This document shows, piece by piece, positions 19,724 to 29,745 of a stretch of DNA of 64,000 nucleotides. The notes beneath the pieces are model-generated. The model worked only from the letters and a program-made list of their open reading frames with translations. It did not search any database and was not told the DNA's origin. The DNA comes from an uncultured bacterium. Its GTDB lineage: Bacteria; Patescibacteriota; Minisyncoccia; UBA6257; 2-01-FULL-56-20. Made by a program: the position numbers and the translations under genes. The stretch is from assembly GCA_963696395.1 (NCBI GenBank), contig CAVOJZ010000002.1, positions 656,344 to 720,343 on the forward strand, read 5' to 3'. The number at the start of each line of letters is the position of its first letter. Within the stretch, counting starts at the first letter, position 1.

Positions 19724-20491
19724 ATGGAATTTGCCCACGTCAGCTCAAGTGTTTCCATAAAAACCGTTTCCGAGGATGCGCACAACGGCGTATTCGAGAT
19801 CGAAGGATTATATAAAGGCTACGGTCAGACCGTCGGCACCGCACTCCGCCGGGCTCTTTTGTCATCGCTCCCGGGCGCAGCCGTTACCGAAATCAAGATC
19901 AAGAATGTCCCGCACGAGTTTTCAACCCTGCCGGGTCTAAAAGAGGACATTGTCGAATTGATGCTCAACTTTAAGCGTCTTCGTTTTCGTTTGCACGTGG
20001 ATGAGCCGCAGGTGCTTGCGTTGAAGTCAAAAGGAGAAGGCGTTGTCACCGGGGGAGATATCGAGCTCAACTCCAGCGTTGAGATCATCAACCCGGAGGA
20101 AGTCCTCGGTACGCTCACCGCAAAAGATGCCGACCTCGACATAGAAGTGAAAGTGGAACGCGGCCTCGGCTATGTTCCGGTTGAAGCCCGCAAGACGGAA
20201 GGCCGCCTTCCAATCGGGACGATCGCCATTGATGCGGACTTTTCGCCGATCCGCGCGGTCAATTTCACCATCGAAGATATGCGCGTTGGCGACCGGACCG
20301 ACTACAACCGTCTTCACCTCGATATTAAAACCGACGGCTCGATCAGCCCGTCGTCCGCACTTCACAAGGCCACAAACATTTTGAAGGATCACTTCGAGAA
20401 GGTTTCCGTGGTGGAGGTAAAAGAATTCGACGCTCCGAAAGCCGAAGGTTCCGCGAAACCGAAAAAGAAAGCGGCAAAGAAAGAAGCATAA
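19724..20491 (+). CDS. rpoA: RNA polymerase alpha subunit (NTD only)
   Basis: GYGQTVGTALRRALLSSLPG, HEFSTLPG, DADFSPI, TDYNRL. Ends in a short K/A-rich tail. Confidence 0.95.
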   Translation: MEFAHVSSSVSIKTVSEDAHNGVFEIEGLYKGYGQTVGTALRRALLSSLPGAAVTEIKIKNVPHEFSTLPGLKEDIVELMLNFKRLRFRLHVDEPQVLALKSKGEGVVTGGDIELNSSVEIINPEEVLGTLTAKDADLDIEVKVERGLGYVPVEARKTEGRLPIGTIAIDADFSPIRAVNFTIEDMRVGDRTDYNRLHLDIKTDGSISPSSALHKATNILKDHFEKVSVVEVKEFDAPKAEGSAKPKKKAAKKEA

Positions 20492-20506
20492 AATAACCAC
20501 GAAGCC

Positions 20507-20860
20507 ATGCGTCACGGAAAAGCAGGTAAAAAATTCAGTCGGTTGCGCGGTGCGCGGATTTCATTCCTGCGCAATTTGAGCAACGATTTGATCCGCACGG
20601 GCAAAATTGAAACCACCGAGGCGCGCGCGAAAGCGATCCGCCCGGCGGTTGAGAAGCTCGTCACCTTTGCCAAAAAGCAGACGCTCGCTTCGCGCCGCAT
20701 CATCGTGAGCCGCGTGCATAATCAGAAGATTGCTGATAAGCTGTACATCGAGCTTGGACCACGGTATGCCGACCGAAAGGGAGGCTATCTCCGCATCACA
20801 AAGCTTGGCAAGAGCCGCAAGCGTGACGGAGCGGGGCTCGCCCGCATAGAATTTGTCTAA
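20507..20860 (+). CDS. rplQ: 50S ribosomal protein L17
   Basis: MRHG...IETTEARAK...RKGGYLRI.K. Confidence 0.97.
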   Translation: MRHGKAGKKFSRLRGARISFLRNLSNDLIRTGKIETTEARAKAIRPAVEKLVTFAKKQTLASRRIIVSRVHNQKIADKLYIELGPRYADRKGGYLRITKLGKSRKRDGAGLARIEFV

Positions 20861-20864
20861 TTAT

Positions 20865-21221
20865 ATGGCTATGGATTATCACATTGATGCAAAAAATAAA
20901 GTGTTGGGACGCGTCGCGACTGAAATCTCGCTGATTTTGCAAGGCAAGAAATCGGCTGCGTATGCCCGCAACCGCGTTGCCGAAGACAAGGTTTATGTAA
21001 AAAATGTTGCCGGCATTATCGTCACCGGAAAGAAGACAACCGACAAGGTTTACCGCCAGCACACCGGTTACGTGGGCCACGTGAAGGAAAAGACATTTGA
21101 AGAGGCGATGACGAAAGATCCAAAGTGGGTTTTGCGCCACGCGGTTCGCAAAATGCTTCCGCAAAATTTTCTCACCCAGAAGCGCATCAAGAATTTAATA
21201 TTCGTTGAATCAGAGAAATAA
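20865..21221 (+). CDS. rplM: 50S ribosomal protein L13
   Basis: IDAKNKVLGRVAT...TGKK...YRQHTGYVG...AVRKMLP. Confidence 0.95.
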   Translation: MAMDYHIDAKNKVLGRVATEISLILQGKKSAAYARNRVAEDKVYVKNVAGIIVTGKKTTDKVYRQHTGYVGHVKEKTFEEAMTKDPKWVLRHAVRKMLPQNFLTQKRIKNLIFVESEK

Positions 21222-21222
21222 C

Positions 21223-21660
21223 ATGGCAACCACACCAATAACAAAACATCCCGCGCCGGCACATGCCCACAAGCCCGGCCGCTACACCGAAGCTGTCGGC
21301 CGCCGCAAAACGGCGATCGCCCGCGTCCGCTTGATGAAAGGGGACGGCAAGGTGACAGTGAATGGCAAGGAGCTCAAGCATTATTTTGTCCTTTCGCGCC
21401 ACGCCATTGCGGCGCGCTCTCCGCTCGATCAGCTCAAGCTTGTTGACTTCGATGTGACCGCGCATGTTTCCGGTGGTGGCATTCATGCCCAGGCCGAAGC
21501 CATTCGCCTCGGACTCTCCCGCGCGATCGTTCTCAAAGATCCCGAATGGAAACCGCGCCTCCGCGCGATCGGTTTCATGACCCGCGATTCCCGCATGGTT
21601 GAGCGCAAAAAGTACGGCAAGAAGAAAGCCCGACGCAGTCCCCAGTGGGCGAAAAGGTAA
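21223..21660 (+). CDS. rpsI: 30S ribosomal protein S9
   Basis: GRRKTAIARV...GGGIHAQAEAIR...TRDSRMVERKKYGKKKARRSPQWAKR. Confidence 0.97.
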   Translation: MATTPITKHPAPAHAHKPGRYTEAVGRRKTAIARVRLMKGDGKVTVNGKELKHYFVLSRHAIAARSPLDQLKLVDFDVTAHVSGGGIHAQAEAIRLGLSRAIVLKDPEWKPRLRAIGFMTRDSRMVERKKYGKKKARRSPQWAKR

Positions 21661-21682
21661 AGATACAGAAATTGCACATGCA

Positions 21683-21771
21683 AAAACACCCCAGAGAATA
21701 TCTGGGGTGTAGTGTATGTGTTCAGAAAATGAATTGATGATTTTTTGTCGCCTTGTGTTCGGAAAATGAAT
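21683..21771. repeat. Conserved ~90-bp non-coding element, copy 1 (hairpin plus two TGTGTTCRGAAA boxes)
   Basis: Aligns along its length with 40210-40299. The acaccccaga/tctggggtgt hairpin may also terminate rpsI. Confidence 0.75.
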
Positions 21772-21823
21772 AGAGAACTTTTCCGCCATCTATGAGCGGA
21801 TCGTGCGGCAGGCGCGCGCATAG

Positions 21824-21850
21824 AAAAACGGGACCCTTTTCAGAGTCCCG
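21824..21850 (-). terminator. Intrinsic terminator
   Basis: cgggac...gtcccg stem with a U-tract on the minus strand. Confidence 0.6.
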
Positions 21851-21867
21851 CTGGTAAAAACGAATCA

Positions 21868-22725
21868 TCAGCGTGAGGCGAAGAAAGGATGGAGATCGGT
21901 TATCTCCAGCATCCCTTCTGGATAGAGGCCAACCAAGTCCAATGTTTCTTGGTCAATGCCCTTCCCCGTTTCATATTCGAGCGTCATTGTCGATGGCAGT
22001 TCGGCCAATTTCCGATGCTGTACCACCTCGACAAGTCGAGCTTCGAGGGCACGTTTGCCACCATCTTGGATGGTAGTCGCCGGATCAGCGCTCGCGTTGG
22101 CAACTCGGAGGATCGTTTGTTTGTCATTCACTTTGAACATGAATCTCATAGCGATCGACCCTTGCACCTTGATGCCGTCTGCGGTAATTGCCGTTGCGGT
22201 AGTCTTCACGTTGTAACCGTTTCTGAACGTCTTGATCGTTTGCACAAACGGTACACCAATGGCGGTATCAGACTTGATCGCTGGTTTCGATCCAATTACC
22301 CAAATGTCCGCCGTACCCTTCGCAGTGAAGATGAAAGCGGAAGCGAACAGGGGCAAAGAGATGGCAACGAATTGGAGCAGGTCGCCAACGGGCATCGGTG
22401 AATCATCTTCCGACGACAAACGATAGGAAGGTTTGGGGAGATAGGTCCGACGGGCAGTGTCTCGGTCAACTCCGTGACGCAGCCAAGCCCAGAGAAACTG
22501 GAAGCGCTCCTTGATCCGAAACACATACCAGCAACCCACAAGGATAAATAGGATCACTGAGCCAAGAGCTCCCAGAAGCACGACAGGGTTCTGTGTGTGA
22601 ATACCAGCGATGACTGAGAAAAGCACCATCGTCGAGAGAATCAGTTTGACGAGCAACCGGACAGTGAAACGCTTTGCTACTTCGGTTGCCGCCCTTGAAA
22701 TCGTTGGTGTCGTAACTGTGGGCAT
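21868..22725 (-). CDS. Membrane protein with probable divergent SPFH/Band-7-like domain
   Basis: Three TM segments; ...PFVQTI...TADGIKVQGSIAMRF resembles the SPFH T.D.v.v.v...v.y strand; AAGGAGG RBS. Confidence 0.55.
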   Translation of the reverse strand: MPTVTTPTISRAATEVAKRFTVRLLVKLILSTMVLFSVIAGIHTQNPVVLLGALGSVILFILVGCWYVFRIKERFQFLWAWLRHGVDRDTARRTYLPKPSYRLSSEDDSPMPVGDLLQFVAISLPLFASAFIFTAKGTADIWVIGSKPAIKSDTAIGVPFVQTIKTFRNGYNVKTTATAITADGIKVQGSIAMRFMFKVNDKQTILRVANASADPATTIQDGGKRALEARLVEVVQHRKLAELPSTMTLEYETGKGIDQETLDLVGLYPEGMLEITDLHPFFASR

Positions 22726-22772
22726 AGCGCCCTCCTTTGCGAAATTTGATCCGATAAGATCTGCGGACTACC

Positions 22773-23834
22773 TGAATTCTAGTTTGAATCGCAACGACCA
22801 TTGAACACCTCTCGTGGAGTGAGATAGCCGAGCCGTTTTCTCGGACGGTCATTGAGCAGTCGGACGACTCGGTCGATATCGGATTGTTTCACGATAGCAA
22901 AATCCATACCTTTTGGAAAGAATTGCCGGAGCAGGCCGTTCCAATTCTCATTCGATCCGCGTTCCCAAGAGTGATAGGGCGTCGCGCGGTAGACGGTAAT
23001 ATCAATATCTTTTTCAAGCAAACGATCGTAATCGCCGAACTCAGGACCGTTGTCACGTGTCATGGTGTGCCGCTTTTTCTTCGGGATCTTTTTGAACCGA
23101 TCGCGCGTGATCGCATGTACGTTCTCCGCAGTGACTTTTTCGACTTTGTCCGCCGCACCAAAACCACTCGCCCGATCGACGTGGGTGAGCATCCGTTGCT
23201 TTTTGGTGCGGTCAAGAATCGTATCGCCTTCCCAGTCGCCGATTCGCCTGCGCTCCTCAACCACCGGTGGGCGTTCTTCGATTCGCCTGATTTTCAATGC
23301 GTTCCGCTTGGCTTTCCTCGTGTTCGTGCCACGCCTCCTGCGCCACTTTCCCTTTTGATACCGCAGATATTTTTTGAGGTCCGACCGGTCGCGGTATACG
23401 AACTGGTAAATCGTCTCATGGGAGACGACGGTGTGTTTCGTCATTCGCTGCAAACGTCCCGCGATCTGTTCGGGCGACCAATAGTGCTTGAGTTTTCGCA
23501 TGACATGGCGGCGGAGCGTTCGATCATGCTTCAATTTCTGCGACGGTTCTTTGGCAGCAAACCTTCGGTATTGTGTCTTGTGATGGGCGCTGCCGCCGCG
23601 ATATACGCCGTCATCATCACGGTTCCTCCTGATCTCCCGACTGATTGTACCCGGACTCTTGCCAAGCCGGTCCGCGATCCATGACTGTGTTTTGCCCACC
23701 AAGAGCAGGTGGGCTAGCGCGACACGGTCGTCGCGCGTAAAATGCGAGTGCGACATCTCCGTTATGTGGGTTTTTGGTATTCGACGTACCGATATTCTCA
23801 CCCGCGGAGATGTTGCATTTCAAGATTGAATTCG
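22773..23834 (-). mobile_element. IS30-family insertion sequence
   Basis: Imperfect terminal inverted repeats gaattctagtttgaatcgcaac (22774-22795) and gttgcatttcaagattgaattc (23812-23833) enclose the transposase. Confidence 0.85.
22779..23756 (-). CDS. IS30-family transposase
   Basis: HTH IADRLGKSPGTISREIRRN, WSPEQIAG, SHETIY, GDWEGDT, TRDNGPEF, PYHSWERGSNENWNGLLRQFFPKG, RPRKRLG..TP.E. Confidence 0.95.
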   Translation of the reverse strand: MSHSHFTRDDRVALAHLLLVGKTQSWIADRLGKSPGTISREIRRNRDDDGVYRGGSAHHKTQYRRFAAKEPSQKLKHDRTLRRHVMRKLKHYWSPEQIAGRLQRMTKHTVVSHETIYQFVYRDRSDLKKYLRYQKGKWRRRRGTNTRKAKRNALKIRRIEERPPVVEERRRIGDWEGDTILDRTKKQRMLTHVDRASGFGAADKVEKVTAENVHAITRDRFKKIPKKKRHTMTRDNGPEFGDYDRLLEKDIDITVYRATPYHSWERGSNENWNGLLRQFFPKGMDFAIVKQSDIDRVVRLLNDRPRKRLGYLTPREVFNGRCDSN

Positions 23835-23934
23835 CGCCCTCTACAATGACGTTTTGCGCAAGCAATTGCCCAAAAAAGAAAAGGGAGAGGAAGAGAAGCC
23901 AAAAGCTGAATCCACAACGCAAGCGACCACATAA
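23835..23934 (+). pseudogene. Orphan 3' gene fragment beside the IS end
   Basis: ...YNDVLRKQLPKKEKGEEEKPKAESTTQATT* followed by a strong terminator, with no 5' part. Confidence 0.4.
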
Positions 23935-23948
23935 GAACGTGGTCAACT

Positions 23949-23978
23949 CCGCCGGACTTCTCGTCCGGCGGTTTCTTT
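23949..23978 (+). terminator. Intrinsic terminator
   Basis: ccgccggac-ttctc-gtccggcgg-tttcttt. Confidence 0.8.
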
Positions 23979-24156
23979 ATGTTGGTGGATAACCAAACGT
24001 ATTTTGTGTCTCGCACTGCCTTGGATGAGGGGGCCTTGTGAGGACAAAACGGGGTTGTGTACGTCCCCCTTGATGGAAATGGCAAGAGGGAAAACGTCGA
24101 CAATTCTCGGCTAGACGCCGCTTAACGAGCGGTTTTTTTTGTGATACATTGAAGTC

Positions 24157-24316
24157 ACAACTGAATAGAAGTCGCCTAAACCTGTCAGAAATGGCGGGCA
24201 TGGCGCAAAGTCCGGTTAGACATAAAGAACCCATCATGTGGGATTGTCTAACCGGCCATATCGGGAAACCGATATGGAGGGCCAAAAACCCTCGCCTACG
24301 TGGTGGGCTTTTTATT
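24157..24316 (+). ncRNA. Candidate structured leader RNA / attenuator upstream of Type III RM
   Basis: TTAACG-17 nt-TACATT promoter with extended TG. Four hairpins, two GAAA tetraloops, a CCUAAA/CAUGG receptor-like internal loop, and a terminal gcctac-gtg-gtgggc-ttttt terminator. Confidence 0.6.
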
Positions 24317-24389
24317 AAAAAAGTTTTCTGCGTGGCGAGCTATATATCTTCAAGCCGGACGGAAGATATGGACGGAATCAGCCACGGTT

Positions 24390-26486
24390 ATGCCAAAAGA
24401 ACTACAAACGCAACTTTCCGATAACGAAAGACGAGACGTGATAAAGTATTTGGAAGCAGGGAAACCGCTTCCGGAAAAATATCGTTTTTTACTATTCAGT
24501 GAGGCTCAAGAGGTAGAGCTTCTTTGGAACGGTAAGACCAATGAGGTTACGAATGTCGTATTGCCGTTCCAAGTAATAGAGCAGATAGACGAACCAAGAA
24601 GCGATAAAAAGATTGGGCTGCAGGATTCTCTTTTCGATACTTCAGGCAGGCAGATAACGGGCTGGACGAATAAGCTGATCTGGGGCGATAACAAGCTTAT
24701 TCTTTCATCGCTCAATAATGGACCATTGCGAAAAGAAATAGAGGCGAATGGGGGCTTGAAATTGATTTACATCGATCCACCATTCGACGTTGGTGCCGAT
24801 TTTTCTATGGATATTAAAATCGGTGATGGCGATGATGAAGAAAGTTTTACAAAAAAACCATCAGTGATAGAAGAAATCGCTTATCGCGACACGTGGGGCA
24901 AGGGCGCTGACAGTTTTATTGCGATGGTGTATGAACGGTTAAAATTGATGCACGCCTTGTTAGCTGAAGACGGCAGTTTGTATGTTCATTGTGATTATCG
25001 TGTTAGTGGATATATGAGATTGGCTCTTGACGAAGTGTTTGGAAAAGATAACTTTAGAAATGAAATTGTATGGGGTTATAGGACGGGTGGTATCTCTAAG
25101 GAGTTTTTTGCTCGCAAACACGACATTGTGTTTTTCTATGCAAAGAATGCCGAGAAAGTAAAATTTAATACTCAATTTTATAAATCCTTCCAACAGAAAA
25201 AATATAATTTTAAAGGAGTTGAGGATTTATGGGATGAAGAAAAAGAGCAGTGGTACCATAACTCAGTTTGTCGGGACGTCTGGGAAGATGTGTTCCCAAT
25301 AGGAACCGAGAATAGCGAGCGCCTTGATTATCCGACACAAAAGCCAGTTGCGCTTCTCGACCGAATAATTAAAGCATCCTCAAATGAGGGCGACCTCATC
25401 GCCGATTTCTTCTGTGGTTCCGGGACAACACTTGCTGTTGCAGAAAAACTCGGTAGGAAATGGATTGGTTCCGATCTTGGAAAATTTGGCATTCATACGT
25501 CGCGCAAACGATTAGTCGGGACGCAGAGAGAACTCAAAAGGGAAGGCAAGAATTTTCGCGCCTTCGAGATTTTGAATGTCGGCAGATATGAAAGGGATAA
25601 TTTTCTCAAGTTGAATAACGATTTGCGTGCGGAGGAAAAAGCTAAGCAAGCAGAAAGAAAAGAGAAAGAATTCGTGCAACTAATCATTTCTGCATATAAA
25701 GCTGAACCAGTGGGGTCTTTTAAGACCCTGGTCGGGAAGAAACGCGATAGATTGGTTGCAGTTGGGCCAATCAATGCCCCGGTTTCCGAACGACTCGTTC
25801 AGCAGATCGTTGAGGAATGCGAGAAAATGAAGATAACTAAAGTGGACGTTCTGGGATTTGATTGGGAGATGGGCTTTGATCGACATGAATTCAGGGGGAG
25901 CGGCATTGATATCGCCTTTAAAGTAATTCCGAGAGAAGTGTTTGATAAGAAGGCAGTGGAAAAAGGCCAAGTCAAGTTTTACGATGTGGCATTCATTGAA
26001 GCGGAGCCGGTTATTAAAGGCAACGCCAACAATAAAGAACTTTCCATTGCACTTACAGATTTTTCCGTTTTTTATAACCAAGATGATTCCGGTGAGGTGG
26101 AGGAAGCCCTTCGACCTGGCGGCGTAAAAATTATCGTAGAAAATGGGCAGGTAGTGAAAATGTCAAAAGACAAAGCGACCGAACTCATTGAAAAGGAGAT
26201 ACTGACGAAGAAGTGGAGTGATTGGATTGACTATTGGGCAGTTGATTTTGATTTTTCGAGCCGAAAGGAGATTGTCAAAGTAATGGAAGGGGGCAAAGAG
26301 AATGAGGTCTGGACGGGGGATTACATTTTTGATAACGAATGGCAAAGCTTCCGGACAAAGAAGAACAGGAACCTTGAATTGACCTCCGCGCCCAAGGTAG
26401 TGCGAAAGGGGACGTATAAAGTCGCGGTTAAAGTCGTAGACATTTTCGGGAACGATACGACAAAGGTAATCGAGGTAAAAATATAA
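24390..26486 (+). CDS. Type III restriction-modification methyltransferase (Mod)
   Basis: [15 protein letters not shown] (motif IV), [15 protein letters not shown] (motif I), long C-terminal extension. Confidence 0.92.
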   Translation: MPKELQTQLSDNERRDVIKYLEAGKPLPEKYRFLLFSEAQEVELLWNGKTNEVTNVVLPFQVIEQIDEPRSDKKIGLQDSLFDTSGRQITGWTNKLIWGDNKLILSSLNNGPLRKEIEANGGLKLIYIDPPFDVGADFSMDIKIGDGDDEESFTKKPSVIEEIAYRDTWGKGADSFIAMVYERLKLMHALLAEDGSLYVHCDYRVSGYMRLALDEVFGKDNFRNEIVWGYRTGGISKEFFARKHDIVFFYAKNAEKVKFNTQFYKSFQQKKYNFKGVEDLWDEEKEQWYHNSVCRDVWEDVFPIGTENSERLDYPTQKPVALLDRIIKASSNEGDLIADFFCGSGTTLAVAEKLGRKWIGSDLGKFGIHTSRKRLVGTQRELKREGKNFRAFEILNVGRYERDNFLKLNNDLRAEEKAKQAERKEKEFVQLIISAYKAEPVGSFKTLVGKKRDRLVAVGPINAPVSERLVQQIVEECEKMKITKVDVLGFDWEMGFDRHEFRGSGIDIAFKVIPREVFDKKAVEKGQVKFYDVAFIEAEPVIKGNANNKELSIALTDFSVFYNQDDSGEVEEALRPGGVKIIVENGQVVKMSKDKATELIEKEILTKKWSDWIDYWAVDFDFSSRKEIVKVMEGGKENEVWTGDYIFDNEWQSFRTKKNRNLELTSAPKVVRKGTYKVAVKVVDIFGNDTTKVIEVKI

Positions 26487-26487
26487 T

Positions 26488-29181
26488 ATGGCCCTACCTA
26501 AAGATTTTCCCAAAGATCCCTATGCCATATTAGATCCGAGCATTCGATGGTTTCCTGCCGATGAAGATTTGCGCGAAAAAGGGTACGACAAACTTCTGCC
26601 TCCACTTGTCGCTGAATTACGCAAGAGAGTAAAGAAGTGGCGAGACGATCACTATGAAGGTGCAAGTGAAACCTCGCGAGCGCTTTTGAACTGGTGGTTT
26701 AATGAGGATCATATTTTGTACGACGAATATGGCGCATCGTCTCAGTTTAGATATTATTTTGCCCAAAGGGAGGCGTTAGAGACGGTTATCTGGTTATATG
26801 AGGTCGCAAAGGTCAAAGATAAGTACGACCTCATTCGATATAATTCGACCGGCGTGCTGAGTGCGGGGATGTTCACTGAAGACTGGTTGCGTTTTGTAAT
26901 CAAGATGGCAACGGGGTCGGGCAAAACCAAGGTGATGAGCCTTGTGGTGGCATGGGCATATTTCCATAAAAAATACGAATCAGATTCCAAATTGGCAAAG
27001 AATTTTCTCTTAATAACTCCTAATGTCATCGTCTTCGAAAGAATAAAGAACGATTTTGAGGGGTTGAAGATATTCTTTAGCGATCCCGTGTTACCGGAAA
27101 ATGGATATGAGGGTCAAAACTGGCAGGATGATTTTCAGATGACGCTTCACTTACAAGACGACTTGCGGAACGTCTCTGAAACGGGAAACATATTTCTAAC
27201 GAATATCCACCGAGTATATGAAAATGACGTAAGGGAAGCGAGTCCGGACGACGAGGATGCTTCTGCGTATTTCTTGGGCGAGAAGCCTGTTACGAAAACA
27301 AACGATTCTACGGTCGATTTAGGGATGATCGTCAGAGATATCGATGAGCTGATTGTCATCAACGATGAAGCGCATCATATACACGATGAAAAGATGGCGT
27401 GGTTCAAGTCGATTTTGGATATCGATAACAAATTGAAGCAAAAGGGGTCGGGTTTGGCTTTGCAGCTGGACGTGACAGCAACGCCAAAGAAAAGTGACGG
27501 GTCTATTTTTGTGCAAACCATTTCCGACTATCCACTTGTCGAAGCCATATACCAGAGAATCGTAAAAAATCCCGTTGTGCCGGATGCGGCGAGTAGGGGA
27601 AAACTGAAAGAAAATCAAAGTGCTTTGTTCAGTGAAAAATACAGGGATTACATAAACCTTGGCATTGAAGAATGGCGAAAAACGTACGAGACGCTCAAGC
27701 CCATGGGCAAGAAATCAATTCTTTTCATCATGACCGATGACACGAAGAACTGCGATGAGGTTGCTGAATATATCGAAACGAGCTACGCAGACTTGAAAGG
27801 GGCCGTCTTAACTATTCATACCAATAAGAGCGGTGAAATCTCGGAGAATGTTACCGGCAAGAACAAGGATGAATTGGATTTGCTGAGGAAACAGGCGAAC
27901 GATATAGATAGCTTGGAAAGCCGGTTTAAAGTAATCGTGTCGGTTATGATGCTCAAAGAAGGATGGGATGTCAAAAACGTCACCACAATCGTCGGGCTGA
28001 GGCCGTTTGCGGCAGATTCAAAGATATTGCCCGAACAAACCCTGGGGCGGGGTCTCCGAAGGATGTTCTTCGGCAGGGATGACGTTGAAGAATATGTGAG
28101 CGTCGTAGGCACACCGATGTTTATGGATTTCGTCGAATCCATCAAGGGCGAAGGTGTGATCCTTGAAAGGAAAGCGATGGGGAGTGGGTCAAAACCGATT
28201 ACGCCGATGGTCGTTGAAGTGGACAGGGAGAATCCCAAGAAAGATATTGAAAAGTTGGACATTGAAATACCGGTGATGTCTCCCAGGATACAAAGGGAGT
28301 ACAAGAATTTGGCGGAGTTAGATGTTTCCACTTTTGGGAATAAGAAGGTTAAAGTGAAAACTTTCTCCGAAGAGGAGAAAAGAGAAATAGTGTTCAAAGA
28401 CGTCGTCGATGAAAAGACGCATCATACGACCATATTGACCGGGGATATCGAGCCGGATTATCAAAGCGTTATCGGTTTTTTTGCTCAATCGGTGATGAGG
28501 GACCTTCGGCTGTTCGGCTGCTACGATATTTTATTCGGCAAGGTGAAGGAATTCGTGCAGCATCACCTGTTTGATAAGCCGGTGGATTTGTCGGATCTGA
28601 ATGTCTTGAGGAATTTATCGGAGATCGAATACATACGACTAATCAAAGAGTCCTTCAAAAAAGCCATCAACGAACTCACGGTGCAGGATAAAGGCGATGC
28701 CGAAATCAAGAACTATATTAAAATCAGTGAAGCGCGGCCATTCGTCGTCAATGATAAGTCCTACTTAATCCCTAAAAAATCAGTTTTCAATAGGATTGTC
28801 GGCGACAGCGATTTTGAACTCGTCTTCTCGGAGTTTATCGATAGGTGCGACGACATCATTTCTTTCTCAAAGAATTTTCAAAATAAGGAGACGAATGCTT
28901 TGAGGATTGAATATAAAAATTCGGAAGGTGTCATCGCTATGTACTATCCCGATTTCTTCGTTAAGAAAGATGATCGGACGGTCTATATTATTGAGACCAA
29001 GGGGAGAGAGGAGGAAGACGATAAATTGAAATTTGAACGATTACAAAAATGGTGCGAAGATGTTAATGAGAGACAGAGCAGAATGATGTATAAAGCTTTA
29101 TATATTAAGCAGGAGGAGTGGCAAAAAGAACGACTCAAGAATTTCGATGAGGTTATAAGGATGTTTGATAAAGAAAAATAG
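26488..29181 (+). CDS. Type III restriction endonuclease (Res)
   Basis: YYFAQREA, KMATGSGKT, INDEAHH, LKEGWDV, EQTLGRGLR, C-terminal YYPDF...IIETKG nuclease. Confidence 0.93.
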   Translation: MALPKDFPKDPYAILDPSIRWFPADEDLREKGYDKLLPPLVAELRKRVKKWRDDHYEGASETSRALLNWWFNEDHILYDEYGASSQFRYYFAQREALETVIWLYEVAKVKDKYDLIRYNSTGVLSAGMFTEDWLRFVIKMATGSGKTKVMSLVVAWAYFHKKYESDSKLAKNFLLITPNVIVFERIKNDFEGLKIFFSDPVLPENGYEGQNWQDDFQMTLHLQDDLRNVSETGNIFLTNIHRVYENDVREASPDDEDASAYFLGEKPVTKTNDSTVDLGMIVRDIDELIVINDEAHHIHDEKMAWFKSILDIDNKLKQKGSGLALQLDVTATPKKSDGSIFVQTISDYPLVEAIYQRIVKNPVVPDAASRGKLKENQSALFSEKYRDYINLGIEEWRKTYETLKPMGKKSILFIMTDDTKNCDEVAEYIETSYADLKGAVLTIHTNKSGEISENVTGKNKDELDLLRKQANDIDSLESRFKVIVSVMMLKEGWDVKNVTTIVGLRPFAADSKILPEQTLGRGLRRMFFGRDDVEEYVSVVGTPMFMDFVESIKGEGVILERKAMGSGSKPITPMVVEVDRENPKKDIEKLDIEIPVMSPRIQREYKNLAELDVSTFGNKKVKVKTFSEEEKREIVFKDVVDEKTHHTTILTGDIEPDYQSVIGFFAQSVMRDLRLFGCYDILFGKVKEFVQHHLFDKPVDLSDLNVLRNLSEIEYIRLIKESFKKAINELTVQDKGDAEIKNYIKISEARPFVVNDKSYLIPKKSVFNRIVGDSDFELVFSEFIDRCDDIISFSKNFQNKETNALRIEYKNSEGVIAMYYPDFFVKKDDRTVYIIETKGREEEDDKLKFERLQKWCEDVNERQSRMMYKALYIKQEEWQKERLKNFDEVIRMFDKEK

Positions 29182-29556
29182 ATGGACACGATCCACCTCG
29201 TCCATAATGGTTTCAAAGAGCCAACGAAGGAAGCCGCTGATTTGAAGGACGAGCTTAAGAAACGCGGTGTTAAGGTTTACGTGGAACTCAACGACGGATA
29301 TAAACATGTCGATCTGGCACTTCCCGATGCAAAGCTCAACGTTGAAGTGGATGGTGTTCACCACCTTACTAACCCGAAACAGATCGTAACAGACCTCAGT
29401 CGTGGATATTATTCGAACAAGTTAGGATATAGCACTATGCATATCCCAAACGAGATGATTCGTCTGCACCTAAAAGAAATAGCGGACGCGCTCGCCGAGG
29501 CATCGAAGATGCTCGAACAGAAGATACGAATTCACCTCACTGGGGACGATAAATAA
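29182..29556 (+). CDS. DUF559/Vsr-like PD-(D/E)xK endonuclease
   Basis: HVDLALPDAKLNVEVDGVHH...GYSTMHIPN. Confidence 0.8.
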   Translation: MDTIHLVHNGFKEPTKEAADLKDELKKRGVKVYVELNDGYKHVDLALPDAKLNVEVDGVHHLTNPKQIVTDLSRGYYSNKLGYSTMHIPNEMIRLHLKEIADALAEASKMLEQKIRIHLTGDDK

Positions 29557-29567
29557 CAAAAGTTGCC

Positions 29568-29705
29568 ATGAACGCTTTCGTCAAATTAATAATAGGATTA
29601 GCGGCACTGATATTTATAACGTTTATGACGATGGCTTTCGGCATGGGCGGGTTCTTCTTTACACTCGGACTTTTTGCCGTAGTAGTGTGGGCTTTTGCGA
29701 AATAG
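29568..29705 (+). CDS. 45-aa hydrophobic small protein
   Basis: Read manually: MNAFVKLIIGLAALIFITFMTMAFGMGGFFFTLGLFAVVVWAFAK. Confidence 0.6.
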   Translation: MNAFVKLIIGLAALIFITFMTMAFGMGGFFFTLGLFAVVVWAFAK

Positions 29706-29745
29706 CTGCGCATAATCAATCCATGGAGACAAGCAACCGAAAAAA

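Noticed and set aside
21717-21771. Mini CRISPR array
   Set aside because: Only two short boxes per copy, the spacers are homologous between copies, and there are no cas genes.
21187-21821. Minus-strand ORFs of 200 and 112 aa
   Set aside because: They are antisense to rpsI and run through the non-coding repeat, whose second copy is frameshifted.
23999-24100. Two additional imperfect hairpins upstream of the leader RNA promoter
   Set aside because: Pairing is irregular and there is no promoter or second copy to support a separate RNA.
24172-24215. c-di-GMP-I (GEMM) riboswitch suggested by the GAAA hairpin followed by CGCAAAG
   Set aside because: It lacks the GGCAAAC/GGUAAAC start and GACGCAAAGC junction. 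The receptor-like loop is in the first stem rather than the second, and the downstream architecture differs.
24300-24389. N-terminal extension of Mod given in the ORF track
   Set aside because: The GTG lies within the leader terminator; ATG 24390 (MPKEL) is more plausible.
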